From: Calditrichia bacterium
GTDB lineage: Bacteria; Calditrichota; Calditrichia; JAJRVZ01
DNA length: 15,840 nt
Assembly (NCBI GenBank): GCA_963777955.1
Contig: CAVZSQ010000011.1
Location: forward strand, 1 to 15,840
Direction: 5' to 3'
A program made the translations under genes and the position numbers. Of the stretch, positions 8,665 through 15,840 are shown in pieces. Position 1 is the first letter of the stretch. Each line of letters opens with the position of its first letter. The notes beneath the pieces were generated by a model, which did not search any database, had not been told where the DNA came from, and was given only the letters and a program-made list of their open reading frames with translations.

Positions 8665-10070
8665 TTAAAAATAACTCGAACCATCCCAGCAGTGCGTACA
8701 GAGTTTTTCTTTGGGCAGTCCGATTGCCTGGACCAGGTCTTCGAGTTTCTGATACATCAGGGTGGTGAAATCGAGTCTTTTCCTGATCTGTTCTACCATC
8801 AACTGGTGCTTGCCGTTATTGGTATCGGCGTATTCCCGGATTTCAAATTCTTCTTTACCTTCAATCTCTTTTACGGCGGTGTGCGTGGCCAGATCGAGAT
8901 TGGAACGGGAACGGCTGAAATTCAGGAATTCGCAGGGGAAGGACAGGGGTGGACAGGCAATGCGCATATGCACTTCCTTGATTCCGGCCTGATGCAAATC
9001 ACGTACATTGTCTTTCAACTGAGTTCCCCGTACAATGGAATCGTCCAGGAATATCCCGCGTTTATCTTTGATAATCGATTCGTTGGGATCAATTTCATTT
9101 TGGCTACCAGGTCGCGCGTCGTTTGACTTTGCGGCATAAAACTGCGCGGCCAGGTGGGAGTGTACTTGGCATAGGGACGTTTAAGCGGAATGCCTCTGAC
9201 ACTGCTGTAGCCCATGGCATGACCCACTCCCGAATCGGGAATACCGGCCACGAAATCTGCTTCTACGGAATCTCGCTTGGCCAGGGCCGCTCCGCAGCGG
9301 TAACGGCATTCGTCCACATTGACTCCTTCATAAAACGATGGCGGATAACCGAAGTATACCCACAGGAATGCGCAGATCTGCATCTGCTCATTGGAGCTGC
9401 GCAATTGTTCATGTCCTTCAGCCGTAATTTGCACGATCTCTCCGGGACCCAGATACTTTTCAATTTCAAAGTTCAGATTCGGAAAAGCGCATGTTTCAAA
9501 AGTTGCGGCGTAGGCTCCTTCTTTCTTGCCCAGTACGATAGGCGTGCGGCCAAGTCTGTCCCGGGCAGCGATGATACTATCTTCGGTCAGGATCAGGATG
9601 GAACAGGAACCTTTGACCAGGCTATAGACGTTTTCAATTCCGGAAACAAAATCATCCCCTTCGGCGATCAGCATGGCGATAAGTTCGGTCGGATTGATGG
9701 TACCATGACTGAGTTCCGAGAAGGTACGGCGTTGTTTCAGGCAGCGTTTCTCCAACTCGGAGATGTTTACAATCTTGCTTACCGAGGCCACAGCAAAACG
9801 TCCCATATGCGAAGTGACCAGAATAGGCTGCGCTTCGGTATCGCTGATCACACCGATGCCAAGGTTTCCGGAAAATTCGGTTAAATTAGTCTCAAACTTG
9901 TTCCTGAAATAACCGTCCTCCAGGCTGTGGATCGAGCGTTGAAACCCTTTTGCGGGGGAAAAAAAGGCCAGACCGGCCCGGCGTGTTCCAAGGTGAGAAT
10001 GGTAATCGGTGCCGTAGAATACATCCAGGACACAGGATTCTTTTGAGATACTGCCAAAAAAACCGCTCAT
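8665..10070 (-). CDS. purF: Amidophosphoribosyltransferase (PurF family, variant lacking Cys1); one missing base at 9085-9087
   Basis: AAGGAGG RBS. Motifs AARDRLGRTP, CAFLWVYFG and GIPDSG. Restoring one C gives KMKLIPNESIIKDKRGIFLDDSIVRGTQ (PRPP-binding loop) in frame with ORF 8665-9018 (RIACPP..PC, LCTHCWDG). Confidence 0.92.
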
Positions 10071-10096
10071 GATCCTCCTTCTTTTCCTAAACCATT

Positions 10097-10147
10097 AATG
10101 TAAGAAGGAATGATCATATACTGCAAAAATTATATGACCTTATGATC
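10097..10147 (-). promoter_or_regulatory. Putative sigma70 promoter of purF with an inverted repeat around the -35 box
   Basis: Minus strand TTGCAG (10121-10126), N18, TACATT (10097-10102). Inverted repeat GATCATATA (10112-10120) / TATATGACC (10131-10139). Confidence 0.35.
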
Positions 10148-10236
10148 GGGTCAGAATTTTCTGATTGCTTTTAAAATTTTCTGTTTAAAAAATGGTGAAT
10201 GAATGATTTAAACCTGCAGGGTTGAACTACAATCTT

Positions 10237-10992
10237 CTATTTTTTACAAATGACGATGAATTCTTTTGAATTTGCGTCTAATTCTTTCCCGTGGTAATCA
10301 CCGAGAATTTTATAATTTTTAAAAGCAGACCTTTCGATCAGATGTTCCAATTCATACCTGAAAAAGAACCGCATTGGGAATTTCCACTCCTCCTGTTTCA
10401 GCCCGTCGGATTCAATCCATTCGAGACGAAAGGTTACATTGATCAGCTGGTTCAGCAGATCCGGCTTAGTTGACACAATTCTTTTGATTTTTTTACCCGG
10501 TTCGTACTCTGCTTCAAAATCGATATGGTTATCGAATCCATTTATTAATTGCCGCAAATCCGGCACGAAAGTATCGAAAATAAATTTACCATTGGATTTT
10601 AAGTGCCGGTAAACATTATTAAGTGCCGCAAGCTGTTCATTTTTATCCAGCAGATGCATCATGACCCTGAAAGGAGCGACTATTAATTCGAACCGGTCAG
10701 CAAAATGAAAGTTAACCATATTTTGAAGACTGATACGCTTATGGTGTTCAGGGGATAGTTTATCAAGTAACACGCTAATCATTGATTCGCTGATATCCAG
10801 ACCGTAAATATCAACACCCTGATTCAAGGCTTCGACGAAGAATCTTCCGGTACCAACCCCCATTTCCAGCACTTTTCCCTTTACCTGTTTAAGTTCCTGC
10901 AGAAAAAATTCCTTGTCGACACTGTCTCTTAACTGGTGATAGATCAGGTCGTAAAACCTGGCATAAGTTGCCGGATAATTGACAAATTTCAT
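10237..10992 (-). CDS. Class I SAM-dependent methyltransferase
   Basis: Intact 251 aa with VLEMGVGTGR, GLDISESM and LKSNGKFIFD. ATGA overlap with the PhzF-family gene. Confidence 0.92.
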   Translation of the reverse strand: MKFVNYPATYARFYDLIYHQLRDSVDKEFFLQELKQVKGKVLEMGVGTGRFFVEALNQGVDIYGLDISESMISVLLDKLSPEHHKRISLQNMVNFHFADRFELIVAPFRVMMHLLDKNEQLAALNNVYRHLKSNGKFIFDTFVPDLRQLINGFDNHIDFEAEYEPGKKIKRIVSTKPDLLNQLINVTFRLEWIESDGLKQEEWKFPMRFFFRYELEHLIERSAFKNYKILGDYHGKELDANSKEFIVICKK

Positions 10993-11882
10993 ATTATGTA
11001 TTCACCTTTAATTCTGGTTATCGCACCTCCGCCGAATAAGACCCGTTCATGATTATTTTCATCCAGTTTCCTGCGTAGTTTTACAATATTATAGTCATCC
11101 ATTAATCCGTTTTGTTCAATTACTATAGTTTCCTTGTTCCATTTTCCCCGGCTGATCAGGTAATATCCGAAAGCCGAATTGCCTGAACCGGTAGCCGGAT
11201 CTTCCATGTATCCGAAGATCGGGGCAAAGACCCGCGTCCTGTAATCACTTAATTTATCAGCGACTGCGGTGCTAAAAACCTCTATAATATCAAACGCTGA
11301 TGCTAAACAAAATTCTTTCAGTTCGGTGAAGTCGGGTGAAATATTAAGAAGGCATTCAAGAGTCCTGATGGGCACAATCAGGGTGGTTAAGCCGGCATTG
11401 ACGATTTTTACCGGCCAGTTAAGGTCAAAATTCGCTGCTGAAATTTTCAGTTTGACTGAAATAGTGTTTAAAACCGGAATTTCGGTTTTTTCTTCGGGGA
11501 GGGGGGACATAATAAAAACAGAATCTTCATTCTTTATCCGGTTTTCTACCTCCAGTTCTCCTTTATTGGTCCATATTTTCAACATATCATGTTTTATCAA
11601 CTCTTTATTATTTTTGATTAAATCATACATGATGGCAATAGTGGCATGACCACAAAAATCGACTTCCCTTTCTGCTGAATAATACTTTAAGTCAAAACGA
11701 TTTTCTCCGCTTTGAAATATGAATCCAACTTCATTCACAAAACCTTTCAATTCTCTGGCAATCTGCAGCATCTCACTTTCGGAAATATCGTTTTTTGAGT
11801 CAAGCCAGATATATCCGGCCGGATTTCCTGCAGATCTCCTGGTAGCAAAAGCATCAATTTTTTTAAATTTAAAATTTTTCAT
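10989..11882 (-). CDS. PhzF-family isomerase/epimerase
   Basis: Intact 297 aa with KIDAF...GNPAG, EVDFCGHATIA, RVFAPIFGYMEDPATGSG. Confidence 0.93.
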   Translation of the reverse strand: MKNFKFKKIDAFATRRSAGNPAGYIWLDSKNDISESEMLQIARELKGFVNEVGFIFQSGENRFDLKYYSAEREVDFCGHATIAIMYDLIKNNKELIKHDMLKIWTNKGELEVENRIKNEDSVFIMSPLPEEKTEIPVLNTISVKLKISAANFDLNWPVKIVNAGLTTLIVPIRTLECLLNISPDFTELKEFCLASAFDIIEVFSTAVADKLSDYRTRVFAPIFGYMEDPATGSGNSAFGYYLISRGKWNKETIVIEQNGLMDDYNIVKLRRKLDENNHERVLFGGGAITRIKGEYII

Positions 11883-11937
11883 AGCTGGTCTTTAAAAATA
11901 TATCTTTTGAATATTATTTATTGTTGGTTGGAAATAT

Positions 11938-12540
11938 TCAGCCATTAAATGATCTGATTATCTTATCGATGGTCACTTCTACCTCAGTCAACCATTGCTT
12001 TCGTTGCTGTTCAGTGCTATCCGCGATTATTTTAAAAGTTTTCCGATAATATCTGTTAATACCGCAAAAATCAAAAACACATTGTTTCCAGATCCTTTCC
12101 AGTGGATCACCAAAGTATTTTTCTTCTCTTTCTTCAGCCGTATTGGAAGTATTGAAGACGATTCCGTATTTGCCCTGCAATTTTCCAATGGCTATCCCGC
12201 CGCCCGAGTCTCCCGGCGGAAAATCATAACAGTAAGTGGGCCTGAACACCCGGTCGATGTACCCTTTCAAAATGGCCGGGGGTTGCCCCCACCAGTTGGG
12301 ATGAATAAAAATAAGTATATCCGATACCAATAATTCCCGGGAGTATTTATTTACCAGTTCGTCCTTAGAAATATCGGAACCTAATTCGTCACGGGTTAAA
12401 AGCGGATTGAAATTTTCCTCGTATAAATCATGAGCATGCGTGGTAATATTTAGTTGCTTTAGTCTTAAACATACACTTTTAAAAATTGCATGGTTGAAAC
12501 TCCTGTCATACGGATGTGCCAGGATTACACTCGCAATCAT
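11938..12540 (-). CDS. NAD(P)H-dependent (quinone) oxidoreductase, flavodoxin-like fold
   Basis: Intact 200 aa with AHPYDRSFNHAI, DLYEENFNP and HPNWWGQPPAILKGYIDRVF. Confidence 0.93.
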   Translation of the reverse strand: MIASVILAHPYDRSFNHAIFKSVCLRLKQLNITTHAHDLYEENFNPLLTRDELGSDISKDELVNKYSRELLVSDILIFIHPNWWGQPPAILKGYIDRVFRPTYCYDFPPGDSGGGIAIGKLQGKYGIVFNTSNTAEEREEKYFGDPLERIWKQCVFDFCGINRYYRKTFKIIADSTEQQRKQWLTEVEVTIDKIIRSFNG

Positions 12541-12591
12541 AATAATCCTTTCATTATCAGATTGTCAGGTTAGTACCTTATTGAAGGATTA

Positions 12592-12620
12592 GATATACGA
12601 TAACCCTGAATCAGGATCAA
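12592..12620 (-). promoter_or_regulatory. Putative sigma70 promoter with a short palindrome in the spacer
   Basis: Minus strand TTGATC-N17-TATATC about 50 nt upstream of the oxidoreductase. CCTGA-N-TCAGG at 12605-12615. Confidence 0.3.
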
Positions 12621-12709
12621 GCCTTTTTTTCGACCGGCATTTCATAATGCTGAGCAGGGCATAAAGAGGATTAAATTTATAACGTATGTTTTTCCTGCTT
12701 TGGAAGATA

Positions 12710-13114
12710 TTACTTGTTTATATGATCTGGATCCATCCAGAATGCTTCCCAGATATGGCCATCCGGGTCATTAAAACTTCTGCTGAACATGAATCCATAA
12801 TCCTCAGCAGGCCGTGTCTGTGTCGCGCCTGATTTAAGAGCAGTGTCGACCAGCCGGTTTACTTCATCTTTGCTGCTAAAAGACAGGGCGGTGATTACCT
12901 CAGTACTGTTTTTAGCGTCAGCAATTTGCTTGGGTGTAAATTCCTTGAATTTGGCCTCGGTCAGCAGCATGGCATAAATGTCATTTGTAATAACCATGCA
13001 GGCGGCGGTATCATCAGTGAACTGGGCATTGAAAGAAAATCCAAGTTGTGTAAAGAATGCCATGGATTTTTTCAAATCCTTGACTGGCAGATTCACAAAT
13101 ATCTGGGTTGCCAT
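12710..13114 (-). CDS. VOC/glyoxalase-family protein
   Basis: From Met at 13114 (GGAG RBS): MATQIFVNLPVKDLKKSMAFFTQLGF...DYGFMFSRSFNDPDGHIWEAFWMDP. Confidence 0.93.
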   Translation of the reverse strand: MATQIFVNLPVKDLKKSMAFFTQLGFSFNAQFTDDTAACMVITNDIYAMLLTEAKFKEFTPKQIADAKNSTEVITALSFSSKDEVNRLVDTALKSGATQTRPAEDYGFMFSRSFNDPDGHIWEAFWMDPDHINK

Positions 13115-13159
13115 ATATTTTGCTCCATTATTTTTAATTTTACTCGGTAAAACCAACGA

Positions 13160-13616
13160 TTAATTCTTTTTGATGCTTGTCCAGGTAACCAGCACCAGGG
13201 CAATCAATTCTGCTATAGTACGCAAGATATGGAGAGACCACCACTGCTCACGGATCTCGGACCAGTTTGCCGGAAGGGAAGAGGATGTCCAGGTCATAAT
13301 TATATTATTGAGTGGTTGGTTTCCAAACCGGGAGATAATAATACAGGAAATAAAAAATGCAGCGGCAATCAGCAAGGTGATAAATACAGATTTGTCACTT
13401 TTCTGCAGCAAGGCCGAGAGCAGAGTGATGACTGTGAGTGATAATCACCAGTGAAATCATTAATACGTTGAGTGAACCAAGCATATTCTGCTGTTGCTCA
13501 ACATAGGTGGATAGTGATAATCCTTGTGGATTAAAACCTAGCCATATTCCCAGACTGATTCCGGCAAGTACGGCTGCTAAGATAGTATTTAAAAATCTCA
13601 GGATTGATTTATACAT
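13160..13616 (-). CDS. DUF1772 (anthrone oxygenase-like) membrane protein; one indel near 13440
   Basis: ORFs 13395-13616 and 13160-13411 join into 4 TM helices with GNQPLNNIIMTW...PANWSEIREQWWSLHILRT. Confidence 0.85.
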
Positions 13617-13669
13617 ATTCTGTACTTTTAAATTATTCGCAAGTTCTGTCGGATTTTCGAATTTCCCGA

Positions 13670-13690
13670 ATGTTATAGTTTTTATAACAT
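13670..13690. promoter_or_regulatory. Perfect 8-5-8 inverted repeat ATGTTATA-GTTTT-TATAACAT; candidate operator
   Basis: Read directly from the sequence, about 55 nt upstream of the DUF1772 start. Confidence 0.35.
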
Positions 13691-13923
13691 GTTGGCAGTT
13701 ATTTTTATTTCGGAGGAGTCGGTCTTAGGCGGGAATGACTGTCTGCTACTTCAGTCTATGAACCAGCAGGTCTTTTAAACCTCTTTTAGTACCTGTTTAC
13801 TGACATCATCGGAGGTCAATAGTACCATCTTCAAATTTCCTTTTTATTTTAAAGCAGAATTCACAGCATGTTTTAAACACGTTGGGAATAATTTTAAAGC
13901 GGGCTTTTTTAGGTACTTATAGA

Positions 13924-14017
13924 TTAAAACCAGGATTGCTGCTGATAAGTTTTATACTCATCACCGAAAGCCAGCGGACAACACCTTCTCTTCGTGCCGG
14001 CTGATTGTTTTGTCCAT
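13924..14017 (-). pseudogene. About 30-codon remnant ending in an ICMT/PEMT-family C-terminus
   Basis: AAGGAG RBS and ATG at 14017 directly after the upstream TAA. Reads MDKTISRHEEKVLSAG/FGDEYKTYQQQSWF*, matching the tail QHLEDNDLVATFGEEYSHYRQSTWF* of the gene at 6457-6979. Confidence 0.65.
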
Positions 14018-14268
14018 TTATTCTCCTTTTGCTGATTTTTTCTTTATCATGTCTACAATGGCCAGGATTACTCCAATCCCAAGCAAACTGTAGCCGATTA
14101 ATCTGTCGCTCCCGAAAAATGATTCCAGCCAGAACAAATCCAAAAGCAAGCCCGGCTAATGGTGTGAATTTTTGTTCCATTTTGTTCTTATTTACCACAA
14201 AGACCAGTATAGCGATAATAGCCTAAAACCAGTATCAAAATAGCAATGTAGATTTGTCCGGAAGTCAT
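14018..14268 (-). CDS. Small hypothetical membrane protein (about 83 aa, 3 TM), two indels
   Basis: AGAGG RBS and ATG at 14268. Rebuilt as MTSGQIYIAILILVL-IIAILVFVVNKNKMEQKFTPLAGLAFGFVLAGIIF-SDRLIGYSLLGIGVILAIVDMIKKKSAKGE*. Confidence 0.7.
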
Positions 14269-14318
14269 AATATTGCCTCTTTACTTAATATTTTTTCATT
14301 ATAGTATTTCTATTTTAA

Positions 14319-14790
14319 TCACTTTCGTAGATTTTGCTTGATCATAGTCTGTCGAGTCCAAAAGCCAGTGATATTACCCCATTTTTGAATCAAACTCTGT
14401 CCCCGTTTTGTCTTCCAGTCATTTTCGATATCCAGGTGACATGCTTTTCCTGAGCCCTTACGGTCATGGTGACAATAGCGGCATTCCAATGGCTGAAATC
14501 CAGTGCCAAATAATTCGCACAAATCGTTTTTCAGGAATGTACACCAATTTTTTGAGAAAGTTGCAGGGCATAATTGCCTTCATTGCCCTTGAAGGCAGGG
14601 GCTAGGGTACGCCAAAATCCCTTTCGGGGGACATTTCCAGCATCATCTGTTTAGCATAGCCGGCTGCCATAGCCTTATCAGGTTCTTCAACCGTCCACCA
14701 CCCCGGCCGCTGGCAGTAGGCTTTACAAATGTCGCATGAGCATGGTTTTGAAGGTGGGTATTTGCTTTTTAAACCGGTTTCGTTTTTCAT
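14319..14790 (-). CDS. Cys-rich hypothetical protein (possible Zn/Fe-S binding), split by indels
   Basis: ORFs 14602-14790 and 14319-14522 are bridged by LAPAFKGNEGNYAL. Motifs CSCDICKAYC-RPGWW and LCELFGTGFQPLECRYCHH. Confidence 0.7.
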
Positions 14791-14809
14791 GTCTGTATTA
14801 TCAAATTGT

Positions 14810-15305
14810 TCATTCTTTTAAACTATGGTCGGCCTGTACATCCTGACCCTCCCAGATTTTTTTTGCTGTCCAGGGTGCATCAGCAGCAGTCCAGAATGGA
14901 TCATCAGCGGCCAAACCGAGGGGTAGAAAAATGTGACTCAGACAGGCAGACTTCCCGTGGTAATATAAAAATCGGCCAGTCCGGGCTGCCGGCGTAAGGC
15001 AATTTCTTTAACTGAACCGTCTTCACCATTCAACCATGGCGCAATTCCGCAGAGGGTGCGGGCAAAGGTTTCCAGGTAGGCGGCTTTTTTACGTTGATCA
15101 GGATTATCACATGTTTCTGAAAGTACGACCGGCATTTGTACCTTCAGTTTGTCGGCGGCGATGTTATACATAACCGGCCGGGCTACTTTATCCATGTAAT
15201 AAAGCCATTTATCACGCGAGGTTTCTGGTTTCTTTGTGCGAAGGATATTGTTGAAAATAGCAGTACACAAATTATATTGAGAACAAATATTCTTATCATG
15301 ATCAT
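14810..15305 (-). pseudogene. DUF2264-family secreted protein with a large in-frame internal deletion
   Basis: Signal peptide (MIRIFVLNIICVLLFSTISFAQ) and N-terminal block RDKWLYYMDKVARPV...YLETFARTLCGIAPWL...EIALRRQ run straight into the C-terminal block PGLADFYITTGSL...IFLPLGLAADDPFWTAADAPWTAKKIWEGQDVQADH; TGA at 14810-14812. About 165 codons, against roughly 400 aa as I recall for this family. Confidence 0.8.
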
Positions 15306-15338
15306 TCTATTTATTCGAGTCACACTTCGATTAATAGT

Positions 15339-15840
15339 TTACAGAACTTGCTTATCTTCAAAATCGTTTAGATATCCTGTTTTTGCCGTCCTTTGTGCAA
15401 CCAACCTGAATACCGAGATCATTTTTAACCGATCGTTTTTTAAAGCTTCGACAATCAGTTTTTCACTCTCCAGATGCTTAAATTGATTAATAAAATCTGC
15501 CATTAAAAAGTCATTTTCAGGCAGGACCTCGGCAGTTTTTATTTCAAAAAGACCTGCTTTTTCAAAATGACTTTTCCACCATTCCAGCGAATGTATACTT
15601 TGAAATCCGATTTCCTGGTAACATTTTTTTAAATAATCAGGGACATCGGAGATACTCTTGAATTCCCTGTTATAGCACCACTCGGAAATACCAATCAATC
15701 CACCTGGTTGGATAAACTGGGATATATAGGGTATATACCAGTCATCTGTGCCATAATATGAAAAAGAATCGATTGAGATTACACTATCAAAATAATTGCC
15801 CGGGAAGGGCAGCCTCCTGGCATCCGCTCTCAAGGGGAAT
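15339..15840 (-). CDS. Class I SAM-dependent methyltransferase, 5' part outside the window
   Basis: ADARRLPFPGNYFDSVISIDSFSYYGTD...QPGGLIGISEW...HSLEWWKSHFEKAG. Confidence 0.85.
   Translation of the reverse strand, partial: FPLRADARRLPFPGNYFDSVISIDSFSYYGTDDWYIPYISQFIQPGGLIGISEWCYNREFKSISDVPDYLKKCYQEIGFQSIHSLEWWKSHFEKAGLFEIKTAEVLPENDFLMADFINQFKHLESEKLIVEALKNDRLKMISVFRLVAQRTAKTGYLNDFEDKQVL

Noticed and set aside
9085..9087. Programmed frameshift or phase variation in purF and other split genes
   Set aside because: The runs are short, there is no slippery heptamer with a stimulatory structure, and similar indels occur across unrelated genes. Sequencing error is simpler.
10071..10236. Purine or ZMP/ZTP riboswitch upstream of purF
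   Set aside because: The leader is AT-rich and lacks the conserved core sequences I would expect for either class.
10989..11882. Phenazine biosynthesis cluster
   Set aside because: Only a PhzF-family gene is present; no phzA/B, D, E or G homologues are in the window.
8272..13690. One shared regulator for the TGTTA/TAACA palindromes at 8272-8289 and 13670-13690
   Set aside because: Half-site spacing differs (2 versus 9 nt), so a single dimeric factor is unlikely. They are reported separately.
994..15486. Plus-strand ORFs in the track (for example 8605-9126, 9123-9884, 11269-11649, 6227-6439)
   Set aside because: They lie antisense to well-supported minus-strand genes or remnants and show no recognisable motifs; they are shadow ORFs.
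1..15840. Integron cassette array (many small co-directional genes of cassette-type families)
   Set aside because: No recurring attC (RYYYAAC...GTTRRRY) between genes, several genes overlap or are coupled, housekeeping uppP and purF are embedded, and there is no integrase. The TAAC...GTTA stem at 4412-4457 is too short for an attC. IntegronFinder on the full contig would settle it.

Overview
A bacterial window with about 22 mostly small genes, all on the minus strand. In transcription order (right to left): SAM methyltransferase (partial), DUF2264 remnant, Cys-rich hypothetical, small membrane protein, ICMT/PEMT remnant, DUF1772, VOC, NAD(P)H oxidoreductase, PhzF-family, methyltransferase, a PurF-family amidophosphoribosyltransferase starting MSGFFG, GIY-YIG protein, membrane protein, DinB, ICMT/PEMT-family methyltransferase, PfkB remnant, SIMPL, C-GCAxxG-C-C protein, uppP, MFS transporter, methyltransferase, membrane protein with a C-terminal Cys4 domain, NAD(P)-binding epimerase-like protein and SRPBCC (partial). 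Many genes, including uppP and purF, are split by 1-2 nt indels, often in homopolymers. These look like long-read consensus errors, so I rebuilt those genes by hand across frames. Family calls come from motifs I recognise, not from database searches. I found no CRISPR array, rRNA/tRNA, transposase or recognisable defence system, and no convincing complete novel system. The most notable signals are (i) three gene remnants that keep a start and a far-downstream segment but lack the middle (DUF2264, PfkB, ICMT/PEMT), (ii) the PurF with Ser in place of the catalytic Cys1, (iii) a membrane-anchored Cys4 domain with no kinase or receiver, and (iv) a ~100-nt multi-hairpin intergenic element.
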